Shown here piece after piece: positions 18,859-28,998 of a DNA stretch of 64,000 nucleotides. Origin of the DNA: Alphaproteobacteria bacterium. Its GTDB lineage: Bacteria > Pseudomonadota > Alphaproteobacteria > UBA7887. Each line of letters begins with the position of its first letter. Positions within the stretch are counted from its first letter, which is position 1. The stretch is from contig CBDCGL010000011.1 in NCBI GenBank assembly GCA_965216755.1, forward strand, positions 768,001-832,000, in the 5' to 3' direction. A program made the position numbers and the translations under genes. The notes below the pieces were generated by a model that did no database searches, was not told where the DNA came from, and saw only the letters and a list, made by a program, of their open reading frames with translations.

Positions 18859-19653
18859 ATGGCGGAGAGACGTAGAGGCAATCGCAGATCGGACGACCGC
18901 GAAGGCAGCGTGCGGCAGGCCTTTCAACGAGGCGCGCGGCGTCCTGGATTGATGGCGCGACTACGCACCTATTTCTTGGCGGGAATCGTCGCGACCGCGC
19001 CGATTGGGATTACCTTGGCGCTGGCCTGGTGGCTGATCAATTGGATTGATTCCAAGATCGAGGGGCTGCTCTCGCCCTCGTACAACCCCCAAACCTATTT
19101 GGAACACTATCTCGGCTTCCACGTGCCGGGCATTGGCCTAATCGTCGTTTTGGTGGGATTGACGATCATCGGTTTCCTGGCCGCCGGATTGGCTGGACGA
19201 TTTGTCGTCCGGACCGGCGAGCATCTGCTTAATCGCATGCCCGTGATTCGCAGCGTCTACGGTGCACTTAAGCAGATATTCGAAACCGTTCTTGAATCAT
19301 CATCGCGATCGTTTCGCGAAGTCGTCCTGATTCAATACCCGCGACGCGGGTTATGGGCAGTCGCGTTTATCACCAGTGACACGACGGGCGAGGTGCAACG
19401 CGTTACCGACGAAACGGTGGTCAATGTGTTCCTACCGACGACTCCGAACCCGACGTCAGGGTTCCTGCTCTTCGTGCCGCGCGCGGATTTGATCATGCTC
19501 GACATGACGGTCGAGGAAGGTATCAAGATGGTGATTTCGGCAGGAATTGTTACGCCGCCTGATCGGGCGATGGAAGAAACGGCCGAGGAAGAGGAATTGG
19601 CGGCAAGCGACAAAACCGAGACGAAACAACTAAGCGAAACCGAGGTTTCTTAG
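18859..19653 (+). CDS. DUF502 family membrane protein
   Basis: YFLAG, RMPVIRSVY, VLIQYPR, VFLPTTPNPTSGFL. Confidence 0.9.
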   Translation: MAERRRGNRRSDDREGSVRQAFQRGARRPGLMARLRTYFLAGIVATAPIGITLALAWWLINWIDSKIEGLLSPSYNPQTYLEHYLGFHVPGIGLIVVLVGLTIIGFLAAGLAGRFVVRTGEHLLNRMPVIRSVYGALKQIFETVLESSSRSFREVVLIQYPRRGLWAVAFITSDTTGEVQRVTDETVVNVFLPTTPNPTSGFLLFVPRADLIMLDMTVEEGIKMVISAGIVTPPDRAMEETAEEEELAASDKTETKQLSETEVS

Positions 19654-19979
19654 TTAAGTATTTGATTGTTAAAGAAAATAGTTGGGCTTGCAAAGTAAAA
19701 TCGCGAAGTGCCTCAGCATTGCTCTAAAATTCCAGTTTTATTTCTATTTTTCAGCGAGTTACATGAGGTCATATTTTGGACACCGATAGGATCCGTAGCT
19801 CGAATACGCACGAGCGTGTAGAATATTAAGCACAAAATCAACATGTTAAACTCAATTTTTGTCAAGCATCGTAAATCGCTGATGAGACTAGGCGTCGACA
19901 AATCAGCGAGGATAATTTTGTGTATGTTACATCAATGGCTTGCGACAAATCCGACCAAGCCAAGGATCGGCGGCGTCTG

Positions 19980-20324
19980 ATGCGGCGCGACGATTCGTCG
20001 CCTTCGGCTTATCGTGCAGATGTCGTTGGCAAACAAAGAGAATTACTCGACGCAATTCGTGCGGAGATCCTGGCCCTGGCGCCTCAAATCGAAGAGCAGA
20101 TGGCCTATGGCATGCTCAACTATCCCGGTATCGGCTGTTTGGCAGCGCAAAAACACCATGTCAGCCTTTACGTGTCGCCTGATGTGCTGGATAGTTTTCG
20201 TGACCGCTTCGTCGGTGTGAATTGCGGGAAAAGTTGTGTGCGATTCCGAAAACGCGAACAACTCGACCGCGACGTGCTACGACGTCTGTTACGCGCCGTT
20301 CTTCGCACCCAAGCTATGGGGTGA
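19980..20324 (+). CDS. DUF1801 (YdhG-like) protein
   Basis: EEQMAYGM, AAQKHHVSLY, GKSCVRF pattern; start uncertain. Confidence 0.7.
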   Translation: MRRDDSSPSAYRADVVGKQRELLDAIRAEILALAPQIEEQMAYGMLNYPGIGCLAAQKHHVSLYVSPDVLDSFRDRFVGVNCGKSCVRFRKREQLDRDVLRRLLRAVLRTQAMG

Positions 20325-20328
20325 ATGA

Positions 20329-22410
20329 CTACCCAGCGCGGAGGAAACTGATCGCCACGTCACGCTCGAACAAGTAGAGCAGGGTACGTAGCGCGTGGCC
20401 ACGTTCACTGGTGAGTTCCGGATCCGTGTCCAATGTCAAGCGGGCATCGTCGCGTGCCATGGCCAGCAAGTCCGCGTGCGCGGCCAGATCAGCCAACCGA
20501 AATATTGGCACGCCGCTTTGGCGCGTGCCGAGCAGTTCACCCGCACCCCGCAGACGCAGATCCTCTTCCGCAATTCGGAATCCGTCATTCGTCTGGCGCA
20601 ATACATTGATCCGTTCGCGGGCGGTGTCGCCCAACGGTGGCTGAAATAGTAGCAAGCACGTCGACGGTCGATCTCCGCGACCGACGCGACCGCGCAGTTG
20701 ATGAAGCTGCGCCAACCCGAACCGTTCCGCGTGTTCGATGACGATCACGGTCGCTTCGGGCACATCGACGCCGACCTCAATCACGGTCGTTGCCACCAAG
20801 ATAGAGCTGTCGCCGCGCGCAAAGGCATCCATGGCGGCGTCTTTGTCCGCGCCCTTCATGCGCCCGTGAACCAGGCCCACTTGCTCTCCAAATCGCTGTT
20901 TAAGGGCCTCGAAACGTTCTTCTGCCGCGGCCAGGTCGACAATTTCGGAGTCTTCGACCAGCGGACAAACCCAATAGACGCGCTCTCCGTGGCTGCGAGC
21001 ACGATCGACCGCATCAATCACCTCACTCAAGCGGTCAAGGGCCATGGCGACTGTATTGACGGGTTTGCGACCCTTTGGCTTATCGACGATTCTTGACACG
21101 TCCATATCGCCATAGGCGGTCATCATAAGTGTGCGTGGGATCGGCGTCGCAGTCATCACCAGCAAATTCACGCCCTTTCCTTTGGCTTGCAGGCTCAGAC
21201 GCTGGTGCACGCCAAATTTGTGCTGCTCGTCGACCACGGCCAGCGCGAGATCGGCAAACTCAACGTCGCCTTGGAAGACGGCGTGGGTGCCGATGAGAAT
21301 GTCGATGTCACCCGTCGCCAAGTCGGCCAACATTTGCTCACGCGGTTTCCCTTTGCTTCGCCCGGTTAGCAGCGCGCAGCGTATTCCAATGGCATCGACC
21401 AAAGGCGCAACCGTGGCGAAATGCTGTACAGCGAGAACTTCCGTCGGCGCCATAAGTGCCGCTTGCGCGCCCACTTCAACGGCGATGAGCATCGCCATGA
21501 GCGCGACGACTGTCTTGCCACTGCCGACGTCGCCTTGCAGCAGCCGCAACATGCGTGTGGGCGCCGCAAGGTCTTGCGCAATCTCATCGATTCCGACCAC
21601 TTGACCCGGTGTCAGGTCAAAGGGCAGGTGTGCGGTCAGGGCGCCACGCAATCGGCCATCGCCATTGATGCGGCGGCCGGCACTGCGCCGTACCCGCAAT
21701 CTGACAATCGCAAGTGCCAATTGATTGGCCAACAGCTCATCATAAGCAAGTCTCAGGCGGGCTGGTGTGACAGGTTCCAAATCGTTCTGGCACTCTGGTG
21801 CGTGGACAGTGCGCACAGCGCACCGCCAATTTGGCCATTCGTGCTGTTCGATCACATCTGGCCGATGCCATTCATCAAGATCGGGTGCGCGGTCGCACGC
21901 CGCCCTGGCGGCTTTCAAAACCACACGCGGGGTCAACCCGGCCGTGAGTGGATAGACTGGCTCCACGCGCGGCAACCCGTGCGCTTCCTCTGGCGTGACG
22001 ACATAATCTGGGTGCGTGATTTGCGGGGCACCGCCGTAAAGCTCGACCGTTCCGCTGACAATTCGTGCTTCCCCGACCGGCAACAGCCGCCTCAAATAGT
22101 CTCCGCGGCCATGGAAGTAGACCAGTGATAACGTGCCGGTATCATCGGAACAGATGACTTTGTAGGGCTGTCGCGGATGGCGCGGCGCGAGATGTTCCTC
22201 GATCGTGACAGTCATCGTGGCAATACGGCCCCCCGGCGCCACGGCAATTTCGGGTGTGAAGCTGCGATCGACCAGGTTGCTCGGGAAATGCCACAATATG
22301 TCGACAACTCTTGATCCCGTGAGTTTGCCGAACAAGCTGGCCAAGCGTGGGCCGACACCCGGCAATGTCGTGACTTCTGCGAATAGCGGGTTCAGGACTG
22401 TCGGGCGCAT
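20329..22410 (-). CDS. recG: ATP-dependent DNA helicase RecG
   Basis: MRPTVLNPLFA start, LLQGDVGSGKT, DEQH, MTATPIPRT, QLHQLRGRVGRG. Confidence 0.97.
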   Translation of the reverse strand: MRPTVLNPLFAEVTTLPGVGPRLASLFGKLTGSRVVDILWHFPSNLVDRSFTPEIAVAPGGRIATMTVTIEEHLAPRHPRQPYKVICSDDTGTLSLVYFHGRGDYLRRLLPVGEARIVSGTVELYGGAPQITHPDYVVTPEEAHGLPRVEPVYPLTAGLTPRVVLKAARAACDRAPDLDEWHRPDVIEQHEWPNWRCAVRTVHAPECQNDLEPVTPARLRLAYDELLANQLALAIVRLRVRRSAGRRINGDGRLRGALTAHLPFDLTPGQVVGIDEIAQDLAAPTRMLRLLQGDVGSGKTVVALMAMLIAVEVGAQAALMAPTEVLAVQHFATVAPLVDAIGIRCALLTGRSKGKPREQMLADLATGDIDILIGTHAVFQGDVEFADLALAVVDEQHKFGVHQRLSLQAKGKGVNLLVMTATPIPRTLMMTAYGDMDVSRIVDKPKGRKPVNTVAMALDRLSEVIDAVDRARSHGERVYWVCPLVEDSEIVDLAAAEERFEALKQRFGEQVGLVHGRMKGADKDAAMDAFARGDSSILVATTVIEVGVDVPEATVIVIEHAERFGLAQLHQLRGRVGRGDRPSTCLLLFQPPLGDTARERINVLRQTNDGFRIAEEDLRLRGAGELLGTRQSGVPIFRLADLAAHADLLAMARDDARLTLDTDPELTSERGHALRTLLYLFERDVAISFLRAG

Positions 22411-22535
22411 CGACTCCGCCAACCTAACTGGGCGAGGGCGCCAAACTAGCGCAGCGAGACGCCGGGACCAACTACCGGAATGACCGCCATTTGCAGGCTG
22501 ACAGGAGGCGCCGGTCAGCTTATATGCTAGCACTT

Positions 22536-22832
22536 ATGTCTCTATCGTCAGAGCCCGCACCCGACCACCAGCGATCCCTCGATACGCGGCGCCGGCGGGC
22601 ACGGTTTCGCGCTTGGCATCGCGGATCTCGCGAGGCCGATTTGTTGCTGGGGCCGTTTGTCGACGCGTGGGTCGAGCGCTTGAAAGATGACGAGTTATCG
22701 ACTCTGGAAGCGCTCTTGGATGAAGATGACCACGACATTTGGGATTGGGTGCTCGCGCGTTCGCCGTTGCCACCGCACTTCGAGCACCCTGTGCTCGACA
22801 AACTGATCGCAATGGCAACGCGCGAGACGTGA
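22536..22832 (+). CDS. sdhE: Succinate dehydrogenase flavinylation/assembly factor
   Basis: FRAWHRGSREADL (RGxxE motif); usual recG-sdhE-mfd position. Confidence 0.9.
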   Translation: MSLSSEPAPDHQRSLDTRRRRARFRAWHRGSREADLLLGPFVDAWVERLKDDELSTLEALLDEDDHDIWDWVLARSPLPPHFEHPVLDKLIAMATRET

Positions 22833-25800
22833 TCGTGACGACAATCGACAAGCTTCTGCAATCCGGCGCTCATCTGACTTTGACAGGCGCACCAGAAGGT
22901 CGCGACGCCTTGGCCGTTGCCGATTTGGCGTCGACGGCGGCGGAGCGCGACATTTTGGTGATCGCCCGCGACGATGCGCGCATGGCGTCGTTGGCGGCGG
23001 CGACTAAAGTGTTCGCGCCAGACCTTGCCGTTTCGATTTTCCCCGCGTGGGATTGCCTGCCATATGATCGCGTGTCGCCGCGCCGCGATCTTTGCGCGAC
23101 ACGTTTGCGTACGTTGTCCGAGTTGGCCTCGCGGCCGAATGGCGCGCAGTCGACCAGGCGCGTTGTTGTGGCGACATGCAACGCGGTTATTCAACGGGTG
23201 CCACCGGCGACGGTTCTGGCCGGATTGTCTTGGCAGCTGAAATCTGGCGATTCGCTTGATGTTGCAGCGTTAACAGCGTTCTTGCAGCGGGCCGGCTACG
23301 TCCGCACGGCAACGGTGATGGAACCCGGCGAATACACCGTGCGTGGCGGAATTATCGACATTTATCCGCCAGGTGAAGATGAGCCGGTTCGGGTCGATCT
23401 GTTTGGCGATATCGTGGAATCAATCCGCGCATTTGACCCATTGACCCAACGCTCTTCGACTCGCCGGCCATCGCTCCATCTGATCCCGGCGTCGGAAGTG
23501 CAGTTAGATGACGACTCGATTGCCCGATTTCGCGGCCGCTATCGTGCTTTGTTCGGCGCCGTAACTGGTGACGATCCCTTATACGAGGCCGTTTCGGCAG
23601 GCCGACATCACGTTGGGATGGAACACTGGCTGCCCCTTTTTCATGAACATTTGGAAACAATTTTCGAATATCTGCCAGATGCGGTGGTGCTTTTGGACCA
23701 TTTGTGTGACGAGGCCCGCAGTGAGCGACTACAGGCGATAGACGACTACTATCAGGCGCGGGTTGACCAAGCGACCCGGCAGTCGACCATGGCGGGAACC
23801 GACTACAAGCCCGTCGAGCCCGAAGCACTTTTTGTTGGGGCGAGTGCGTGGACCCGCATCCTCGCTGGCTACAGCATCGGCAGTTTTGTGCCGTTCCAAG
23901 TGCCGGAGGCGACCCCGCAAATTGTCGATTTAGGCGGCCGACGGGTGCGTGATTTTGCTCCGGAAAGGCAAAAACGCGACTCTGGTCTGTTCGACGCAGT
24001 ATCCAAGTTCTTGGGCGATCGCCTCGCGCAGGGGCGCGTGGTCGCCATCGTCTGTCGCAGCGCGGGTTCGCGAGATCGCTTGCACGCTCTGCTGGAGAGT
24101 CACGGATCTAATGCGTGTGCGCGGGTCGAGCAATGGCAAGAACTGGCGGCGACGCGGGGGCGTGTGGCCGGTCTATTGGTCCTTGGGTTGGACCATGGTT
24201 TCGAAACCGACGACACGACTGTCCTTTCCGAGGAGGACATTCTCGGCGATCGCTTGGCGCGTCCACCGCGCCGCAACCGCCGCGCCGCTAAGTTCTTAGC
24301 CGAGGTTTCGAATTTGGAGGCCGGGGACCTGATCGTTCACGTTGATCATGGCGTCGGTCGGTTTGAGGGATTGGTATCCCTGGATGTCGCCAGCGCCCCG
24401 CACGATTGCTTGAAGCTAAGCTATGCCGGCGGCGACCGTTTGTTTGTTCCGGTCGAGAACATCGATGTCCTTTCGCGGTTTGGATCGGGAGACGGCGTTG
24501 CGCCACTAGACAAATTGGGTGGCGCTGGGTGGCAAGCGCGGAAATCCAGACTCAAGAAAGCCTTGCGCGATATGGCTGCCGAATTGATGCAGACCGCGGC
24601 CGCCAGAGTAGTGCGTTACAGTCCCGTGATATCACCACCAGAAGGCCTTTATGATCAATTCTGTGCGCGCTTTCCTTACGACGAAACAGATGATCAAAAA
24701 CAAGCCATCGACGACTGTATAGCCGACCTTGCCACCACCAAACCCATGGACAGGCTGATTTGCGGTGACGTCGGCTTCGGCAAAACGGAAGTGGCACTAC
24801 GCGCCGCGTTCATCGCGGCTTATAGCGGACGCCAAGTGGCTGTGGTTGTGCCGACGACATTGTTATGCCGTCAACACTATCAGACATTTCGGGATCGATT
24901 TGAGGGATTACCGCTGGAAATTGGGCAATTGTCCCGGTTGGTGGGATCCAAGGAGGCCGGGGCCGTTAAAGAGGGGCTCGCGGAGGGGCGGATAGACATC
25001 GTCATTGGGACGCATACGCTTCTGGCCAATACGATTTCATTCAAGGATCTCGGCCTGCTGATTATCGACGAAGAGCAACATTTTGGTGTCGCGCAAAAGG
25101 AAAGACTCAAGGCACTCAAGGCAGAGGTCGATGTCTTAACTCTGACCGCGACACCGATTCCGCGCACTTTGCAGTTGGCGCTCAGTGGGGTCCGCGATTT
25201 GAGCTTGATCGCGACTCCGCCGATCGATCGGTTAGCGGTACGTACCTTCGTGATGCCGTTCGATCCGGTTGTTGTCCGCGAAGCGATTTTGCGCGAACAG
25301 TATCGTGGCGGCCAAACATTCTACATTTGCCCGCGCATCGAAGACCTTGACAGGGTAGCGGCCGAACTTTCACGGATTGTCCCGGAAGCAAAGGTTGCCA
25401 TCGCGCACGGCCGCATGGCCGCACGCCGCCTGGAAGACGTGATGACGTCCTTTTGTGACGGCAAATACGACATATTGTTGTCAACTTCGATTATCGAATC
25501 CGGTTTGGACATTCCGAGCGCGAATACAATGGTGGTTCATCGGGCCGACATGTTCGGATTGGCCCAGCTCTACCAACTGCGTGGACGCGTCGGCCGTTCG
25601 AAAACACGCGCCTATGCCTATTTCACGGTGCCGCCGCACAGACTGCTAAAAGGCGCGGCCGAGGCGCGTCTGAACGTCATTCAAACACTGGACAGCCTCG
25701 GGGCTGGGTTTTCGCTCGCAAGCCACGACTTAGACATTCGGGGCGCGGGCAACCTCTTGGGGGATGCCCAATCCGGCCACATACGTGAAGTCGGGATCGA

Positions 25801-26335
25801 ACTTTATCAGCAGCTTCTGGAAGAAGCGGTACAGGCGGCGCGGGCCGAGCCCGGCGCGGATGCGCCGGGCGACCAATGGTCGCCACAGATTACAGTTGGC
25901 GTATCGGTAATGATTCCAGAAAGCTATGTCCAGGACCTGACTGTGCGGATGAGTTTGTACCGCCGGATCGGCAATCTGGTCGTGGATGATGAGGTCGATT
26001 CCTTTGCGGCCGAAATGGTCGACCGCTTTGGCAGCTTGCCCGACGAAACCGAACAGCTACTGAATGTGGTGAAGATAAAGGGACTATGTCGCGTGGCCGG
26101 GATCGAGAAGATCGACGCCGGTCCGAAGGGCGCGGTGATCTCGTTTCGTGATAATCGCTTCGCGCGCCCCGAGAAGTTGATTGCGCTGATCGCCGATCGC
26201 GTCCACGAAGTTAAGCTTCGGCCCGACCACAAGCTCGTCGTCGTGCGCAATTGGGCTGACCCAGCGCGTCGCCTGGTCGGCGTTCATGAATTCGTGCGTG
26301 AGCTGGCTGAAATGGCGGAACCCGTTGCGGCTTAA
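22829..26335 (+). CDS. mfd: Transcription-repair coupling factor
   Basis: PAWDCLPYD, VHVDHGVG, CGDVGFGKTEVA, DEEQ, TATPIPRT, QLRGRVGR, TRCF C-terminus; GTG start at 22829 or 22835. Confidence 0.97.
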   Translation: MIVTTIDKLLQSGAHLTLTGAPEGRDALAVADLASTAAERDILVIARDDARMASLAAATKVFAPDLAVSIFPAWDCLPYDRVSPRRDLCATRLRTLSELASRPNGAQSTRRVVVATCNAVIQRVPPATVLAGLSWQLKSGDSLDVAALTAFLQRAGYVRTATVMEPGEYTVRGGIIDIYPPGEDEPVRVDLFGDIVESIRAFDPLTQRSSTRRPSLHLIPASEVQLDDDSIARFRGRYRALFGAVTGDDPLYEAVSAGRHHVGMEHWLPLFHEHLETIFEYLPDAVVLLDHLCDEARSERLQAIDDYYQARVDQATRQSTMAGTDYKPVEPEALFVGASAWTRILAGYSIGSFVPFQVPEATPQIVDLGGRRVRDFAPERQKRDSGLFDAVSKFLGDRLAQGRVVAIVCRSAGSRDRLHALLESHGSNACARVEQWQELAATRGRVAGLLVLGLDHGFETDDTTVLSEEDILGDRLARPPRRNRRAAKFLAEVSNLEAGDLIVHVDHGVGRFEGLVSLDVASAPHDCLKLSYAGGDRLFVPVENIDVLSRFGSGDGVAPLDKLGGAGWQARKSRLKKALRDMAAELMQTAAARVVRYSPVISPPEGLYDQFCARFPYDETDDQKQAIDDCIADLATTKPMDRLICGDVGFGKTEVALRAAFIAAYSGRQVAVVVPTTLLCRQHYQTFRDRFEGLPLEIGQLSRLVGSKEAGAVKEGLAEGRIDIVIGTHTLLANTISFKDLGLLIIDEEQHFGVAQKERLKALKAEVDVLTLTATPIPRTLQLALSGVRDLSLIATPPIDRLAVRTFVMPFDPVVVREAILREQYRGGQTFYICPRIEDLDRVAAELSRIVPEAKVAIAHGRMAARRLEDVMTSFCDGKYDILLSTSIIESGLDIPSANTMVVHRADMFGLAQLYQLRGRVGRSKTRAYAYFTVPPHRLLKGAAEARLNVIQTLDSLGAGFSLASHDLDIRGAGNLLGDAQSGHIREVGIELYQQLLEEAVQAARAEPGADAPGDQWSPQITVGVSVMIPESYVQDLTVRMSLYRRIGNLVVDDEVDSFAAEMVDRFGSLPDETEQLLNVVKIKGLCRVAGIEKIDAGPKGAVISFRDNRFARPEKLIALIADRVHEVKLRPDHKLVVVRNWADPARRLVGVHEFVRELAEMAEPVAA

Positions 26336-26521
26336 GGCCCGAAGTCGAAACAAAGCAATTTGGTGCCTCGACGCGGAGAGATGGGTCCAAGGCACAATGT
26401 CCGACAATATTGAACCATTCTGTTCGCGACCGGCGGGCGCCCCCCCCCAATGGGAATCCATGTGAACGACCACATTGGTCGGACGGCTTGCCCGATCCAC
26501 CGCACGAGATCCAAATATTCG

Positions 26522-26598
26522 GCTCGTGTCCTGACGAAACCGAAGTTCGTACGGTGCCTGGGGTCAGACGTGACGAACTTTGGTTTCGGGACACGAGC
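26522..26598. repeat. Long imperfect inverted repeat (hairpin) between convergent mfd and dsbA
   Basis: GCTCGTGTCC-TGA-CGAAACCGAAGTTCGT pairs with ACGAACTTTGGTTTCG-GGACACGAGC: 26 bp including one G-U, with a 3-nt bulge. Confidence 0.8.
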
Positions 26599-26676
26599 AT
26601 CGCGCCGCGCCGTCCTTCGCGTGGACCGCCACGCCGGGCCGCGGACAGAATTGATTCAATGTTATTGGATACTGCT

Positions 26677-27360
26677 TTAGAGGCGGCCTGCCCAATTGGG
26701 AAGGCCGCTCGGCACCGGTTCAGGGTCAGTCTCCACCTGTTCGGCGACCGTGAAGACCTGCAAAAAAACCTCGGGCTCCTGTGCGCCTGAAATGGCGTAG
26801 CGACCATTGATGATAAAACAGGGAACACCGGTGACCCCGATACGGCGCGCGTTCAAATCCTCGCGCCGAACGACCTCGACGTCGTCATCGGATTGCAGGT
26901 AGTGACTCAGCGGCGCGCTATCTAAGCCAGCCTGAGCACCGATTTCGATCAGCGATTCGGACGATCCGATGTCGCGACCTTCAAGAAAGTAGGCGCGGAA
27001 CATAGCTTCGATCGCGGCGTCTTGATTGCCATGTTGTTGTGCGTACCGCGCTAACCTGTGTGAGTGGACCGTGTTCGGCGTCATGGCGATCAAATCGAAC
27101 CTAAAATCCAACCCCTCGCTCGTGCCGGCTCGCCGAATGGCTTGATAAATCTCGCGTGCGCGAGCCTCACCGCCAAACTTGAGGCTTAAATATGTGGTTC
27201 GATCCAGACCGCTATCCGGCATATCGGGGTTAAGTTGAAAGGGATGCCAAACAACTTCAACGTCTAGCCCGGGTCGTTGAGCGAGAGCGCGTTCGAGGCG
27301 GCGCTTGCCGATAAAGCACCACGGGCAGACGGTGTCAGAGATTACGTCAACGCGCATCAC
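26677..27360 (-). CDS. DsbA family oxidoreductase (FrnE-like)
   Basis: SDTVCPWCFIGKRRL, PFQLNP, GVTGVPCF, SGAQ. Confidence 0.9.
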   Translation of the reverse strand: MMRVDVISDTVCPWCFIGKRRLERALAQRPGLDVEVVWHPFQLNPDMPDSGLDRTTYLSLKFGGEARAREIYQAIRRAGTSEGLDFRFDLIAMTPNTVHSHRLARYAQQHGNQDAAIEAMFRAYFLEGRDIGSSESLIEIGAQAGLDSAPLSHYLQSDDDVEVVRREDLNARRIGVTGVPCFIINGRYAISGAQEPEVFLQVFTVAEQVETDPEPVPSGLPNWAGRL

Positions 27361-27486
27361 GAAACGAACCTAATTGGCGTCGACAGACACAGCAACAACA
27401 AGATTGCGCAGCGCGCGATTCATCGCGCCTCGTGCATTCCACCCAAGCCAGTGTGGGTATGTGAGCCACAGACGAGGCGCTTGATC

Positions 27487-28854
27487 CTATCGGGCCACGA
27501 GCGCAGCGCGGTTGATCGGGTCGGTTGCCAAATCTCCGGGTCTAAAAGCTGAGGTGCCGACCGTAATCGAAGCGTGGATGGGTGCGGCGCCACCAGCGAT
27601 CAGGAACTCGGTTGTTTCTATGACGCCGGCGATACGCCCCATGACGCGCCGGGCGCTGTCGATATCTGTTTCCGGCAATATGATGCACATCTCGCGACCG
27701 CGGTACCGGGCCGGTAAATCTTCCGCGCGGACCAGGCGCCGAACGATTTGACCGACCTGCCGTATCAGATTATCACCTGCCGCATAGCCGTGCTTCTTGT
27801 TCAGGCCCGGCACTTCTTGCAGACCAACATAACCGAGCGCAAAACCGCTGCCGTGCTGTTCGCAGTCTGCGATGAGCGCGTCGAGGTAATCGAGCAAAAA
27901 GCCGTGGCTGAACAATCCCGTCAATGAATCGGTTGTCAGCGTATCTCGAGCGGCTTGCGCGGCATGCATAAGGTCGCCGCGATACTGCTGTTCAAGGACC
28001 CAAACGAGAACGCGATCGTGGAGGTCGTTTTCGGTCTCGTGATTGATCAATATATCATTGGCCCCAGCGGTGTAGGCCGCATCGGCGGACAAGATCCCCG
28101 GTTGCGTGCATACCAACAACAGCGGCAAATTAAACAGAGACGGGTTGTGGCGTGCGTCGCGGCAAAATTGGATCGCCTGCGGTGCATCAACTGCGTCGGC
28201 GACGATAATCGCAGCAAGATGTCGCGTTGGTTGCAAACGCTCTAACGCGTTACCTGGGGCAACAGCCGTATCGCATTGGTATGTCTCTTCAAGAGAGCTG
28301 ACCAGGTCGGCATCTTTGGCCAGATTCAGAACCAATATCGCTGCATCTTGATCGATTTCCTGGCGTCGCTCGGGAATCGTGACGTCGACATCGAAGCGTG
28401 CGATCGTTTCGCGTCGTCGGGTCAGTTCGTCGTGAAGCAGGCGCAAACGGACGAGACAACGCAGCCGCGGAACAAATCGTGCAAAATCCAATTCAATGTC
28501 GATGGCATCGTCCGCGTATGACAACAAGTCCTGGATTTCGGTCCGCGGCCGGCCCCGTCCGACTACCAATAGTGGAATTCCAGCGGTACGCGGATCTGCC
28601 TTGATACCCGAGACGACCGGCAGCCAATCACAGTCGCGATCATCAAAGCACAGGACCACCGCACTGGGCCGCAAGGCTTTGACGGTATCAATCGCAGCAC
28701 TGTCAGCGGTTCGGCCAACGAGGGTGAATCCGCCGTCTTTGACGGAATTGACGATATCGACATCGCCGTCGATGGCGTGTCCCAACACCATCACGCGCGC
28801 CGATGACGTCGCAAAATGGGTCTGTGACGATGCGATTGGCGCGGTGTGATACAT
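27487..28854 (-). CDS. Degenerate PleD-like REC-REC-GGDEF protein (PopA-like)
   Basis: PleD-like segments KADPRTAGIP, RLRCLVRLRLLHDEL, TDSLTGL, HGYAAGD; GGDEF replaced by RGREM; I-site RAED retained. Confidence 0.8.
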   Translation of the reverse strand: MYHTAPIASSQTHFATSSARVMVLGHAIDGDVDIVNSVKDGGFTLVGRTADSAAIDTVKALRPSAVVLCFDDRDCDWLPVVSGIKADPRTAGIPLLVVGRGRPRTEIQDLLSYADDAIDIELDFARFVPRLRCLVRLRLLHDELTRRRETIARFDVDVTIPERRQEIDQDAAILVLNLAKDADLVSSLEETYQCDTAVAPGNALERLQPTRHLAAIIVADAVDAPQAIQFCRDARHNPSLFNLPLLLVCTQPGILSADAAYTAGANDILINHETENDLHDRVLVWVLEQQYRGDLMHAAQAARDTLTTDSLTGLFSHGFLLDYLDALIADCEQHGSGFALGYVGLQEVPGLNKKHGYAAGDNLIRQVGQIVRRLVRAEDLPARYRGREMCIILPETDIDSARRVMGRIAGVIETTEFLIAGGAAPIHASITVGTSAFRPGDLATDPINRAALVAR

Positions 28855-28998
28855 GGAAATCCTATGCAAATGAAGACGCGACAGCTACATCTTGGGCGTT
28901 CGAAACTCAATCGAGATCAAGTCGGGAAGGCGCCGCAAATCTCGCATCTTGGTGAACCCATTGTCCCACTGGTCCGACCAAAGGAGCGTAAAACTGTA

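Noticed and set aside
19853-19909. Hammerhead ribozyme-like core (TTTGTC...CTGATGA-GAC-TAGGC-GTC-GACAAA)
   Set aside because: The required GAAA after stem II reads GACA, stem I cannot form, and a competing 8-bp inverted repeat sequesters the core.
26522-26598. Hammerhead (CTGACGA) or SECIS-like reading of the long hairpin
   Set aside because: No GAAA follows the stem, and the bulged UGA is not in frame with any credible ORF.
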